From the NCBI GenBank assembly GCA_030425295.1, contig JAUIAT010000006.1, positions 9,487 to 73,486 on the forward strand: 64,000 nt of DNA, read 5' to 3'. The notes beneath the pieces were generated by a model. The model saw only the letters and a list, made by a program, of their open reading frames with translations, was not told where the DNA came from and did no database searches. Of this stretch, positions 50,307-60,518 are shown one piece after another. This stretch comes from Gammaproteobacteria bacterium. GTDB taxonomy: Bacteria; Pseudomonadota; Gammaproteobacteria; JAUIAT01. Position 1 is the stretch's first letter; the number at the start of each line of letters is the position of its first letter. The position numbers were made by a program, and so were the translations under genes.

Positions 50307-51848
50307 TTATAGGGCATCAGTAACAACCTGATAGTTAGGATCTTCCATCACATTCGCCTCAACCATGCTTCCAGCTTTTTCAAGAAGCACTCGACAATCC
50401 TCGCTCAAATGGCGCAAATGTACCTTTTTGTTTAGCTTCATATAATTTTCAGTAACAGATTTAATAGCATCAATTGCAGAATGATCAGCAACGCGAGAAT
50501 ATTTAAAATCAATAATAACTTCAACAGGATCATTACTATAGTCAAATAAACCTTTGAACTCAGAAGTTGAAGCAAAGAACAAAGGACCTTCAATCATATA
50601 TTCTTTAGCACCTTCTTCAGTTGTAGAGGTTTTAGCGTGAATTTTTTTGGCAGTTTCCCATGCAAACACAAGACTCGACATGATAATACCAACTACAACA
50701 GCAACAGCTAAGTCGGTAAATACGGTCACAGCTGTAACTGTCACGATAACTAAAGCATCATGAAAAGGAATCTTACGAATAAACTTAAATGTCGCCCACT
50801 CAAACGTTTCAATTACCACCATAAACATCACACCAACAAGTGCCGCCAATGGGATAAGTTTAATAAAGCTCCAGAACACTAATATAAATAGTAATAATGC
50901 AACACCAGCCGTGATACCTGATAAACGGCCACGCCCGCCTGAACGGATATTAATCATGCTCTGACCAATCATAGCACAACCACCCATGCTACCAAAGAAA
51001 CCAGAAACAACGTTACCAATACCTTGAGCCACGCATTCCTTATTTGCTTTACCGCGGGTATGAGTCATTTCATCAATTAAAGATAAAGTCATTAAAGATT
51101 CAGAAAGCCCAATAATGCAAAGAATAACGGCATAAGAAAGAATAATAGCCATTGATTGCATAGTTATCGGCACACTAAGCATATGAAAATGAGGCAGACT
51201 ATTTGCCAAACTGTGCCCCTGCATCATATCCTCGACTACTCTCGCATCTAAATGCATAAAGTGAACAACTAAGCTTACTGTGATAATTGCAATAAGCGCA
51301 GAAGGTAAAGCTTTAACAAATTTTGGAAGATAATGCGTAATCATCATCGCAACAAATACTAATCCGATCATCATCCACAAAGCTGAACCATGTAACCATA
51401 AAAGCTGGCCACCAGAATGATATTTAAATTGCTCAAGCTGAGCTAAGAAGATAACAATTGCTAAACCATTTACAAAACCTACCATCACAGGCTTTGGCAT
51501 AATACGGATTAATTTACCCAGACCTAGCCCACCAATTAGAATTTGCAAAAGACCAGTCAATACAACAGTTGCAAACAAATAATTAATGCCATATTTACTA
51601 ACCAACGCAACCATCACAATAGCCATTGAACCGGTTGCGCCAGAAATCATGCCTGGGCGACCACCTAACACAGCTGTCAAGAAACACATAAAAAATGCAG
51701 CATAAAGCCCTACAAATGGCTGAACATGAGCCACTAAAGCAAAAGCAATAGCCTCAGGAATAAGCGCTAATGCAACAGTTAAACCAGAAAAGAAATCTTT
51801 ATGGAAATGCCCATCCTCAGGCAAGAAAAATTGTTTAATTTTGTTCAT
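50307..51848 (-). CDS. SulP-family anion permease with a C-terminal STAS domain.
   Basis: 513 aa, SulP TM core, STAS-like C-terminus. Confidence 0.85.
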   Translation of the reverse strand: MNKIKQFFLPEDGHFHKDFFSGLTVALALIPEAIAFALVAHVQPFVGLYAAFFMCFLTAVLGGRPGMISGATGSMAIVMVALVSKYGINYLFATVVLTGLLQILIGGLGLGKLIRIMPKPVMVGFVNGLAIVIFLAQLEQFKYHSGGQLLWLHGSALWMMIGLVFVAMMITHYLPKFVKALPSALIAIITVSLVVHFMHLDARVVEDMMQGHSLANSLPHFHMLSVPITMQSMAIILSYAVILCIIGLSESLMTLSLIDEMTHTRGKANKECVAQGIGNVVSGFFGSMGGCAMIGQSMINIRSGGRGRLSGITAGVALLLFILVFWSFIKLIPLAALVGVMFMVVIETFEWATFKFIRKIPFHDALVIVTVTAVTVFTDLAVAVVVGIIMSSLVFAWETAKKIHAKTSTTEEGAKEYMIEGPLFFASTSEFKGLFDYSNDPVEVIIDFKYSRVADHSAIDAIKSVTENYMKLNKKVHLRHLSEDCRVLLEKAGSMVEANVMEDPNYQVVTDAL

Positions 51849-52125
51849 TTGTTCTCTATCTTAAATTATTGGGGTTTACCGACCTAACCAGTCATACCAA
51901 GTCAGGAGAAATACTATAGCGCTACACCAAACTGCTATTTTACCCTACATCGGAATGTCACACCGCGTTTATTGCGAGGCCTTTTGCTATAACCGGAGCC
52001 TGCAACAAGCCTAGGATGAAAAACCATATATCCAAACACATGCTTGCCGCCCAAATAAAGTACAAATTCTACACAAAATCGCAAAAAATATCAAGGCATC
52101 GATAGAAAAACCACTACACAAGCTA

Positions 52126-52180
52126 GTATCTCTTAACAATTGGTTTTACAGCTGCAAATTTATATAATTTGTGAAAGATT
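52126..52180 (+). promoter_or_regulatory. Plus-strand-oriented copy of the conserved promoter-like module (TCTTAACAATTGGTTTTACAGCTGCAAATTTATATAATTTGTG). Inverted relative to the copy at 52250-52295 within the long sulP leader.
   Basis: 36 of about 38 nt identical to the yciO-upstream copy (57606-57655, opposite strand). Confidence 0.5.
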
Positions 52181-52189
52181 ACCCTTTAA

Positions 52190-52295
52190 TTCATTAAATA
52201 GAAAAAACATTCTACTGATTAAAAAACAAAATACTTAGCATGCCAAATATTTTTGATTTGCAACACCAATTTTCAACAGGGGCTAATACTAACCC
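52190..52295 (-). promoter_or_regulatory. Promoter-leader module upstream of sulP (minus strand: TTGAAAATTGGTGTTGCAAATCAAAAATATTTGGCATGC...). About 75-80 percent identical over about 100 bp to the gdh upstream region.
   Basis: Hand alignment of 52190-52290 with 63030-63143. Confidence 0.55.
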
Positions 52296-53947
52296 ATCTC
52301 ACGAGCCACTCTTCGCAGAATTTTCCCTACAGGAGATTTTGGCAATAAATCAACGAATTTAATTATTTTTGGAACCTTATAACGAGTCATGTATTCTCGA
52401 CAGTATGCTTTCAGGGAATCGTCATCCAAATTAGGATCTTCCTTTACAACAAGTGCCTTAACTTGCTCACCACTCCTCTCAGAAGGCACGCCAATAACCA
52501 CAGACTCCAATACCCCCGGATGATTATTTATCACTTTTTCAACTTCTGATGGATATACATTAAATCCAGAAACTACAATCATATCTTTCTTACGATCAAC
52601 AATATTGAGAAAGCCACGCTTATCCATAACCGCAATATCGCCAGTTTTCAGATATCCATCATTAGTAAACACAGCTTTGGTTTCTTCTTCGGCATGCCAA
52701 TACCCGGACATAACCTGAGGGCCTTTTACGCAAAGCTCTCCAGGCTTTCCAAGCTTTACTTCATTACCTTCTAAATCAAGCAATTTAACATCAGTAGATG
52801 GCAATGGCAGGCCAATGGTATTCATTTCCGGCATTCTTACAGGGTTAACTGTAACAACAGGGCTAGACTCCGTAAGACCATATCCTTCAATAATTGGTTT
52901 GCCAGTAATATCCATCCACCCCTCAAACACATCTTGCTCAACTGACGCGCCACCACCTACAGCAAACTTCATCTTAGAGTGATCCATTTTTTTAAACTCT
53001 TCATTATGGTTTAACGCCCTAAACAAGGTGTTCACGCCAACAAATACAGTGCAAGGCTCTTTCTTTAAAGCACGAATAATGCTAGAAATATTTCTAGCAT
53101 CTGGGATTAAAATCTGACTAGCACCCTTTAAACCAAGAGCAATACCGCAAATCGTCATAGCAAAAATATGATATAGCGGCAATGGCGCCAATACCGACTC
53201 TGTACCATCTTTTATATCTCCATCAAGCCAAGCCAACATCTGTAATAAATTTGCTAAGATGTTACGTTGAGATAAAACTGCAGCCTTTGGTTCTCCTGTA
53301 GTCCCACCGGTATATTGAAGAAAAGCTGTACAATTTTGGCTAATCTCTACAGCCCTAAATCCATCCTTTTCTCCAATTTCAACGGCCTTGTTAAAATTAA
53401 CACTCTTCAGATTGTATTTAGGAACCACCCTTTTCACATATCTAAGCACAAAGTTAATTAGGCTACCCTTTAAAAATGGCATCATATCACCAACAGAAGT
53501 CACAATTATGCTTTCTATATCAGTATCTTCCAGACCTTCTTGCAAAGTTTTTGCGAAATTTTCCAAGACCAAAATACCTTTAGTCCCAGAATTTTTTAAC
53601 CTGCCAGCTAATTCATAGTGCGTACACATTGGGTTAATATTTACGATTACGATTCCAGCCATAATGCAAGCATATAAAGCCACTAAATATTGAGGGAGGT
53701 TAGGCAACATAATTGCAAAACGATCCCCTTTCTTGAATCCGCACTCATTTTGCAGATAACTGGCAAAGTTTTTTGCTCGTTTATAAATATCCTTGTAAGT
53801 AAACCGACTCCCTAAACAATGCACAAGATCTGCATCAGCAAATTTCTGGCAGAATTCGTCTATAACTTCAGCTAAAGAATTGTATTGACTCAGATCAATT
53901 TTGGCAGGAACATGACTTGGATAAGACTTAAGCCAGATTTTTTCCAT
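52289..53947 (-). CDS. fadD: Long-chain-fatty-acid--CoA ligase (ANL superfamily).
   Basis: AMP-binding P-loop YTGGTTGEPKAA, GYGLTESSP and the C-terminal VGKILRR motif. 552 aa. Confidence 0.85.
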   Translation of the reverse strand: MEKIWLKSYPSHVPAKIDLSQYNSLAEVIDEFCQKFADADLVHCLGSRFTYKDIYKRAKNFASYLQNECGFKKGDRFAIMLPNLPQYLVALYACIMAGIVIVNINPMCTHYELAGRLKNSGTKGILVLENFAKTLQEGLEDTDIESIIVTSVGDMMPFLKGSLINFVLRYVKRVVPKYNLKSVNFNKAVEIGEKDGFRAVEISQNCTAFLQYTGGTTGEPKAAVLSQRNILANLLQMLAWLDGDIKDGTESVLAPLPLYHIFAMTICGIALGLKGASQILIPDARNISSIIRALKKEPCTVFVGVNTLFRALNHNEEFKKMDHSKMKFAVGGGASVEQDVFEGWMDITGKPIIEGYGLTESSPVVTVNPVRMPEMNTIGLPLPSTDVKLLDLEGNEVKLGKPGELCVKGPQVMSGYWHAEEETKAVFTNDGYLKTGDIAVMDKRGFLNIVDRKKDMIVVSGFNVYPSEVEKVINNHPGVLESVVIGVPSERSGEQVKALVVKEDPNLDDDSLKAYCREYMTRYKVPKIIKFVDLLPKSPVGKILRRVAREMG

Positions 53948-54026
53948 TTAAATATCCTTACAATGTTTTGATTCCGTGTAACATGCGATTATAATGACTC
54001 TTAGACAACTCGACAATGGATTTATT

Positions 54027-54731
54027 ATGGAAGCAACAACAAAAAAGGCTTTTGAGCTAAAAGGAAGCTTATTCGCACTGACTGTAATTCAACTTTATCA
54101 AACAGATATAGAATCAATAGACAATCAACTAAAAAAAATAACAGCAAATGCCCCAAAGCTTTTTGATTTTACTCCTGTCGCTCTTGATCTAAATGAAATT
54201 AAAGAAAAAAATCCAGATTTCAACTTCAAGGAACTAAAGAAAGTTTTTCTAAATAATAAACTTATTATAGCGGGTGTCAGGGCTGCAAAACCTGAACTAA
54301 AACAACTAGCCAGAGATAATAATCTTGGAATTTTCACAACTCACCAGCAGCGCCATGGTAACGCCAACCAAAGAAAAACAAGCAATAAAAAAGTAGACAA
54401 ACAAGAATCGACAACTAAAATTGTTAAGCACCCTGTCAGATCAGGCCAAAGAATTTACTCTGGTGGAGATTTGATCCTGTTAGCACCAGTTAGTGCAGGA
54501 GCAGAAGTTTTAGCTGAAGGTAATATTCATGCCTATCAAAGCATGCGAGGCCGAGCTATGGCTGGAATTTCTGGCAATGCTGAGGCCTGCATTTTTTGCC
54601 AAGAATTAAGTGCAGAGCTTGTAGCTATTGCAGGCATCTATTCACTTAATGAAAACATTAAAGCAATCAAAGGCAAAAATGGGGTTCAGATAAAATTAAT
54701 AGATGAGAAGCTTGAATTTGTAGCTATTTAA
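54027..54731 (+). CDS. minC: Septum site-determining protein MinC. No minD or minE follows.
   Basis: N-terminal AFELKGSLFALTVIQL (E. coli PIELKGSSFTLSVVHL). C-terminal VRSGQRIYSGGDLILLAPVSAGAEVLAEGNIHAY. The start may instead be the ATG at 53994. Confidence 0.85.
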   Translation: MEATTKKAFELKGSLFALTVIQLYQTDIESIDNQLKKITANAPKLFDFTPVALDLNEIKEKNPDFNFKELKKVFLNNKLIIAGVRAAKPELKQLARDNNLGIFTTHQQRHGNANQRKTSNKKVDKQESTTKIVKHPVRSGQRIYSGGDLILLAPVSAGAEVLAEGNIHAYQSMRGRAMAGISGNAEACIFCQELSAELVAIAGIYSLNENIKAIKGKNGVQIKLIDEKLEFVAI

Positions 54732-54787
54732 AACTAGATTTTAGCTAACAATCAAACTTATAAGTTTACGCCATTTATCAATAAGAT

Positions 54788-55585
54788 CTAGAGAGACTCT
54801 AAAACTTTGGTAACCAAGGTCCTTGGCAGCAATTCAGATTGGCCTTTTCTTAATTTGCTAGGCAAGAAAACATCTCCATAACGGACTCGTTTTAGCTTAC
54901 TAACTTTTACTCCTTGTGACTCCCAAAGCCGTCGAACAAGGCGATTCCTGCCTTCAACAACTACAACGTGATACCACTGATTTAAACCTTCTGCTTCACC
55001 TGAAGTTTGAATCTCTTCAAAACGACCCAAACCATCATCAAGCTTCACACCGTTCACCATGCGCTCAAGCATTTGCTCCGTAACTTCTCCAAAAACACGA
55101 ACCGCATATTCGCGCTGCACTTGCTGACTTGGGTGCATTAGCTTATTTGCCAGATCCCCATCATTTGTAAAAAGTAGCAATCCAGAGGTATTAAGGTCTA
55201 GGCGACCAACCGCAATCCAGCGCCCAGTAGCTATTTCTGGCAAGCTATCAAAAACAGATTTCTTATCTTTTTCCGGGTTTTTACTACAGATTTCGCCTTC
55301 CGGTTTGTTATATATAAGTATTTCGGGCAAAACTGACTCAGCTTGCTGAACTAACTTGCCATCAACGAAAACTTTATCTTTTCTTAAAACTCTTTGCCCA
55401 AGATGAGCAAGATTTTTATTTACCTTTACCCTACCTTCTTTTATCCATTCTTCCATTTGACGGCGCGACCCTACTCCCGCCTTGGCTAGAATTTTTTGAA
55501 TTTTTTCACCATTAGGATTTAATTTTTCAGGCCGTTTATTAAGCTTTGGCTTAATAGCCTCCGATTTAGTTTTCTTTAATCGCAT
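54788..55585 (-). CDS. rluB: 23S rRNA pseudouridine synthase RluB.
   Basis: S4 domain plus the catalytic region VGRLDLNTSGLLLFTNDG. 265 aa. Confidence 0.9.
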   Translation of the reverse strand: MRLKKTKSEAIKPKLNKRPEKLNPNGEKIQKILAKAGVGSRRQMEEWIKEGRVKVNKNLAHLGQRVLRKDKVFVDGKLVQQAESVLPEILIYNKPEGEICSKNPEKDKKSVFDSLPEIATGRWIAVGRLDLNTSGLLLFTNDGDLANKLMHPSQQVQREYAVRVFGEVTEQMLERMVNGVKLDDGLGRFEEIQTSGEAEGLNQWYHVVVVEGRNRLVRRLWESQGVKVSKLKRVRYGDVFLPSKLRKGQSELLPRTLVTKVLESL

Positions 55586-55587
55586 AA

Positions 55588-56112
55588 TTATTCACTTATC
55601 TTGGTAATTTCGGGCAATTCTGGCACATTTTTGATATTTTTTAAACCAAAATCATCTAAAAATTTCTTAGTAGTTATATATAAAGCGGGGCGTCCGGGGG
55701 TTTCTCTGTACCCTGAAATACGAATCCATTCATTATCCATCAATATCTGCAAAATATTCGAGCTTAATGCAACACCACGCACTGATTCGATCTCACCTCT
55801 GGTTATAGGCTGCTGATAAACAATCAGCGCAAGTGTCTCCATTAGTGCTGGGGAATATTTAGGAGGCTTTTCTTTCAATGAATTTTGAACCCAAGGTGTA
55901 AAATCAATTTTTATCTGAATACGCCACCCGCTTGCAACCTCAACAAGCTCGAATGCCCTATCTTGATAATCACACTGCAACTCTGCAAGAGCTTCTTCAA
56001 CCTGGTCTTCAGTAGTATTTGGATCATGCAAAGTTTCGTACAAATCCTTAGCTGTAACAGGACAACGTGATGCCATCAAAATAGCCTCAAGTATTTTTTT
56101 TAGATCACTCAT
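55588..56112 (-). CDS. scpB: Segregation and condensation protein B.
   Basis: ScpB wHTH pair. 174 aa. Overlaps the scpA stop by 4 nt. Confidence 0.9.
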   Translation of the reverse strand: MSDLKKILEAILMASRCPVTAKDLYETLHDPNTTEDQVEEALAELQCDYQDRAFELVEVASGWRIQIKIDFTPWVQNSLKEKPPKYSPALMETLALIVYQQPITRGEIESVRGVALSSNILQILMDNEWIRISGYRETPGRPALYITTKKFLDDFGLKNIKNVPELPEITKISE

Positions 56113-56939
56113 GATTGAGAATCCTTAGTTTTATTTTTGGCAAGCGAAATAAATATTGGATACAGTGGTTTTTCCTGAGTTATTTCAATTAATGAATTAC
56201 GGAGAAGTTGTAAAATAGCTGAAAAAGCTACTACCAATCCAGCTCGCCCCTCTTCTTCGGTGAAACAGTCTTGAAAACGAATAAAGTCAAACTCGCGCAA
56301 ACTATTCATTACATTATTCATTCTATCTGTTATAGAGAATTTAATAGCTTCAACTGTATGTGGTTTGCGTTGTTTTTTTCGAGCCATAACTGAAAGTAAA
56401 GCATGAGTTAAATCTCCAATATCCACTTGTGGCTTCGGCTGATCAAAGCAAAGATGATCAATATTAGCAGAAGCAATAAAAACATCTCGCCCAACCCTTT
56501 CCATGTCATCCAACTCAATACTAGCAAACTTTACTTTTTCGTATTCTTGCAAGCGACGCACTAACTCCGCCCGAGGATCTTCCTCATCTTCCTCTTCTTC
56601 GACTACACTTGGCAGCATCATACGAGATTTAATTTCAGCAAGCATTGCGGCCATAACAAGATATTCAGCTGCTAATTCAAAGTTAAGAATTTGCATTAAT
56701 TCAATGTAGCTAACATATTGATTTGTAATCTCATTTACCGGGATATTTAGAATATCAATATCTTGTTTTCTAATAAGAAAAAGCAAGAGATCAAGCGGGC
56801 CCTCAAATTGCTCTAAATAAACCTCAAGAGCCTCAGGAGGTATATATAGATTCTTGGGTAGCTCAGTTACTGGCTCACCTTTAACCGTAGCAAAAACCTG
56901 AGATTTTTCTGCTGTTTGCACAATATCATTTAAAGACAT
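56109..56939 (-). CDS. scpA: Segregation and condensation protein A.
   Basis: ScpA family. Start set at the ATG at 56939 (MSLNDIVQ) with AAGGGG upstream. The track ORF extends to 56981. Confidence 0.85.
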   Translation of the reverse strand: MSLNDIVQTAEKSQVFATVKGEPVTELPKNLYIPPEALEVYLEQFEGPLDLLLFLIRKQDIDILNIPVNEITNQYVSYIELMQILNFELAAEYLVMAAMLAEIKSRMMLPSVVEEEEDEEDPRAELVRRLQEYEKVKFASIELDDMERVGRDVFIASANIDHLCFDQPKPQVDIGDLTHALLSVMARKKQRKPHTVEAIKFSITDRMNNVMNSLREFDFIRFQDCFTEEEGRAGLVVAFSAILQLLRNSLIEITQEKPLYPIFISLAKNKTKDSQS

Positions 56940-57546
56940 TAGGGTCCCCTTGGCCCTTGCGCACCACCTCAGCAGTTCCATTCACCATATCAACGATAGT
57001 AGTTGGTAATACCTCTCCATAACCACCGTCAATCACTAAATCAACACAACCACCCAATATATTATTAATGTTTTCTGGATTATTGTGTGGCACAGATTCA
57101 CCAGCCAGCATAGCAGTGGTGCTCAGTATAGGCTCACCATGGTCCTTCAGCAATGCTTGCGCAATTTTATTATCAGGCAAACGAATACCTATTGTTTTTC
57201 TTTTAGATTGAATTAATCTTCTAGGAACATTTTTAGTTGCCTGCAAAATAAAAGTATATGCTCCAGGCGTAACTGATTTTATTCTTCGAAAAGAAGCCGT
57301 ATCCATCTTTGCATATTCTGATATTTGTGAAAAATCATGACAAACAAGCGTAAAATTATGCTTATCATCCAGATTTCTAAGTCTTCTTATTGTTTCCATC
57401 CCGCATTTATTTCCAATCTGGCAACCAAAAGCATAGCCAGAATCAGTTGGATAAACAATAACACCATTATTCTGCAATATGTTTACAGCCTGATGAATCA
57501 GGCGCATTTGAGGATTGTCTGGATGTATTGAAAAATACTGCGTCAT
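56926..57546 (-). CDS. yciO: YciO (YrdC/Sua5-family paralogue).
   Basis: [43 protein letters not shown] is almost identical in pattern to E. coli YciO ([43 protein letters not shown]). 206 aa. Confidence 0.85.
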   Translation of the reverse strand: [206 protein letters not shown]

Positions 57547-57605
57547 TTACACGATACCATATTATATATAGCTATATTCCTATGATAAACTAGTACCCAC
57601 TCTAA

Positions 57606-57660
57606 TGACAAATTATAGAAATTTGCAGCTGTAAGACCAATTGTCAACAGCCCTCAACAA
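57606..57660 (-). promoter_or_regulatory. Conserved promoter-like module upstream of the yciO-scpA-scpB-rluB operon (minus strand: GGGCTGTTGACAATTGGTCTTACAGCTGCAAATTTCTATAATTTGTCA).
   Basis: TTGACA and TATAAT elements. The TATAAT lies about 70 bp upstream of the yciO start codon. The same module is found in 4 other places. Confidence 0.55.
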
Positions 57661-57672
57661 CTAAGGTTAAAC

Positions 57673-58245
57673 ATGAAATTACTTTTTGACTTTTTACCCA
57701 TCGTCTTGTTTTTTATAGCTTTTAAAATATATGGCATATTTATAGCTACTGGAGTAATGATGACCGCATCAGCTCTTCAAGTATTACTGTATTGGCTCTA
57801 TCATCGTGAGTTTGAAAAACTCCACGTTATTACACTAGTTTTAGTCGTGGTTCTCGGCACTGCAACCCTGCTGCTGCACGACGAAATGTTTATCAAATGG
57901 AAACCCACAGCAATTTATTGGGCGTTCGCAATAGCATTTCTAATTAGCCAGTATTTTGGTGAAAAACCAATTTCTCAGCACATGATGGAAAACAAAATAC
58001 AGCTACCCTCTAGTATTTGGCTTAAGCTAAATCAAAGCTGGATGTATTTTTTTGCAGCAATGGGTTTCATAAATCTATTTGTAGTATATAACTTTAGCAC
58101 TGATGCTTGGGTTGATTTTAAACTGTTTGGAACCTTGGGTTTAAGCTTAATTTTTGTTATCCTTCAGGCAATTTACATGACTAGATACGCAAAGAAATTA
58201 GAAGACGACGCCTCAGCACCTAAAACATCTAATGACAAACCTTAG
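57673..58245 (+). CDS. yciB: Intracellular septation protein A (YciB family).
   Basis: 190 aa. N-terminal MKLLFDFLPIVLFFIAFKIYGIF is typical of YciB. Confidence 0.85.
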   Translation: MKLLFDFLPIVLFFIAFKIYGIFIATGVMMTASALQVLLYWLYHREFEKLHVITLVLVVVLGTATLLLHDEMFIKWKPTAIYWAFAIAFLISQYFGEKPISQHMMENKIQLPSSIWLKLNQSWMYFFAAMGFINLFVVYNFSTDAWVDFKLFGTLGLSLIFVILQAIYMTRYAKKLEDDASAPKTSNDKP

Positions 58246-58258
58246 AAGAGAAATAAAA

Positions 58259-58525
58259 ATGAACATCATCGAACAAAGAATCGATAAACTAACCAAACTT
58301 TTAAATGAAGCACTAGAACCAACTCATCTTGAAATAATTGATGACAGACACAAGCATCGCGGTCATGCTGCTGCAGAGGCTGGCCAAAGTCATTTTACTG
58401 TTGTTATTTCATCACCAAAATTTGAGGGAAAAACTAGGATAGCTTGCCACCGAATGATATATCAAGCGTGCAATGACATGATAAATACAGAAATTCACGC
58501 TCTACAAATTCACATTCAAAAATAA
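58259..58525 (+). CDS. bolA: BolA-family protein.
   Basis: QSHFTVVISSPKFEGKTRIACHRMIY...IHALQIH matches the BolA signature ([26 protein letters not shown]...VHALALH). Confidence 0.75.
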   Translation: MNIIEQRIDKLTKLLNEALEPTHLEIIDDRHKHRGHAAAEAGQSHFTVVISSPKFEGKTRIACHRMIYQACNDMINTEIHALQIHIQK

Positions 58526-58545
58526 TTTAACAGGAAATTATAATT

Positions 58546-59955
58546 ATGGCTAAAAAAGAGAAGTTAAAAAATCGTATTGAAAATGACAGTATGGGTGATA
58601 TTGAAGTTCCTGCTAATAAATACTGGGGGGCGCAAACTCAACGTTCATTAATCCACTTTAATATTGGTAACGACTTAATGCCACGCCCACTAATTCGTGC
58701 ATTTGGTATTCTAAAGAAATCTGCAGCACTTACAAATATGGAGCTTGGAAAGCTTGACTCTAAACGTGCTCAGCTAATTATTCAAGCAGCCGATGAAGTT
58801 ATTCAAGGCAAGCTTGACGACCACTTCCCTCTTCGTATCTGGCAAACCGGTAGTGGCACACAAACCAACATGAATACTAACGAAGTTATTGCTAATCGTG
58901 CCAATGAGATTGCTGGCAACCCCTGCGGGAGCAAAGACCCTGTTCACCCAAATGACCATGTAAATATGTCTCAATCATCAAATGACACATTCCCAACTGC
59001 TATGCATATTGCTGCCGCAGAAACAATTCATCATAACCTTCTACCTGAGATTAAAGACCTTAGGGAGAAACTAGATGACAAACGTCGCGAATTCAAAGAC
59101 ATAGTTAAAATTGGTAGAACGCACTTGCAAGATGCTGTACCTCTTACAATGGGGCAAGAGTTTTCAGGATATGTTAGTCAGCTTGATGACTGCATTTCTG
59201 CAATTGACAGCACTCTACCAAGCTTATATCAGTTAGCGCTTGGTGGGACGGCAGTAGGTACCGGCCTTAACAGCCACCCACAATTTGCAGAGAAAGGTGC
59301 GAAGCAAATTGCTAATTTAACTGAGCTGCCATTCTCATCGGCGCCAAATAAATTCGCCTCTCTTGCAGCTCATGATGCAATTGTCCTTTCAAGTGGAACA
59401 TTAAAGGTTCTAGCGTGCGCCTTAATGAAAATTGCAAATGACATAAGATGGTTAGGGTCTGGCCCTCGTTGTGGAATTAACGAACTTGAGCTACCTGCTA
59501 ATGAACCAGGCTCATCTATTATGCCAGGCAAAGTTAATCCGACTCAATCTGAAGCAATTACTATGGTTTGCTGCCAAGTTATGGGTAATGACGCTGCAAT
59601 TGGTTTTGCTGGATCTCAAGGCAACTTTGAACTTAACGTATTTAAACCAGTTATGATTTACAACCTACTTCATTCAGTTAAGTTACTAGGTGATAGCTGT
59701 CATAGCTTTGGCAAATACTGTGTTAAAGGACTAAAAGCTAATAAAAAACAAATTAATGAATATTTACATAACTCATTAATGCTAGTTACCGCCCTAAATC
59801 CTGTTTTAGGTTATGACAAAGCTGCTGAAATAGCGAAAAAAGCGTTCACAGATCACTCAAGCCTAAAAGAAGCCTGCTTAGAACTTGGTTACTTAAATGC
59901 AGAAGCATTTGATCAAGTTGTTAAACCTGAGGAAATGACTTCTCCGAAGGCTTAA
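58546..59955 (+). CDS. fumC: Fumarate hydratase class II.
   Basis: [16 protein letters not shown] signature. 469 aa. Confidence 0.95.
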   Translation: MAKKEKLKNRIENDSMGDIEVPANKYWGAQTQRSLIHFNIGNDLMPRPLIRAFGILKKSAALTNMELGKLDSKRAQLIIQAADEVIQGKLDDHFPLRIWQTGSGTQTNMNTNEVIANRANEIAGNPCGSKDPVHPNDHVNMSQSSNDTFPTAMHIAAAETIHHNLLPEIKDLREKLDDKRREFKDIVKIGRTHLQDAVPLTMGQEFSGYVSQLDDCISAIDSTLPSLYQLALGGTAVGTGLNSHPQFAEKGAKQIANLTELPFSSAPNKFASLAAHDAIVLSSGTLKVLACALMKIANDIRWLGSGPRCGINELELPANEPGSSIMPGKVNPTQSEAITMVCCQVMGNDAAIGFAGSQGNFELNVFKPVMIYNLLHSVKLLGDSCHSFGKYCVKGLKANKKQINEYLHNSLMLVTALNPVLGYDKAAEIAKKAFTDHSSLKEACLELGYLNAEAFDQVVKPEEMTSPKA

Positions 59956-60323
59956 TTAATAAGCTTATTAAAAATAAAAAAAGTGTTACCCCAGCAAGGC
60001 TGGGGTCCATCTAAGACCAAAATTAAACTACTGTTTAGCTAGCATAAAAACTCACTGCATTAACAGCTAACCTATACAAAAGCCTGCGTTTCCATCTTCA
60101 TATCACGTCTATTTTAATTCAATTCTCTAGATTTTATAAAAAGGAAAAACACAACCTAATGATCTATAATTGAACTATAAAAAAATGCAAAATAAACATT
60201 TTTTATTTGAGCGCTAAACAATATAAGAGAGTTTGATTAGCGCATTTATCAGCATGCTAGGAACTGGCTTTTATAAGCCAATTTACAGCATAAATTCACC
60301 TTACTAACAACTTGGAGAATAAA

Positions 60324-60518
60324 ATGAAAAAAAAAGATAAAAAAATATCAAAAATAGATAACTCCTCATTAACCAAGGTATCAGGGGGCGCTTACATAAA
60401 AGGCGTTACAGATAAAGAGTACCTTGAATTACAAAAAAAGCTTCTAAATAGTAAAGAAATACTTAGTATGAATGAATTTGATAAGTTGACTAGTTGGGAA
60501 AAGGATCAGGAAAAGTAG
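60324..60518 (+). CDS. Small peptide (64 aa) with a double-glycine-type leader (MKKKDKKISKIDNSSLTKVSGG) and a 42-aa hydrophilic helical core.
   Basis: GGAGAA RBS 6 nt before the ATG at 60324. The leader end LTKVSGG resembles colicin V / class II bacteriocin leaders (ELDSVSGG). Confidence 0.4.
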   Translation: MKKKDKKISKIDNSSLTKVSGGAYIKGVTDKEYLELQKKLLNSKEILSMNEFDKLTSWEKDQEK

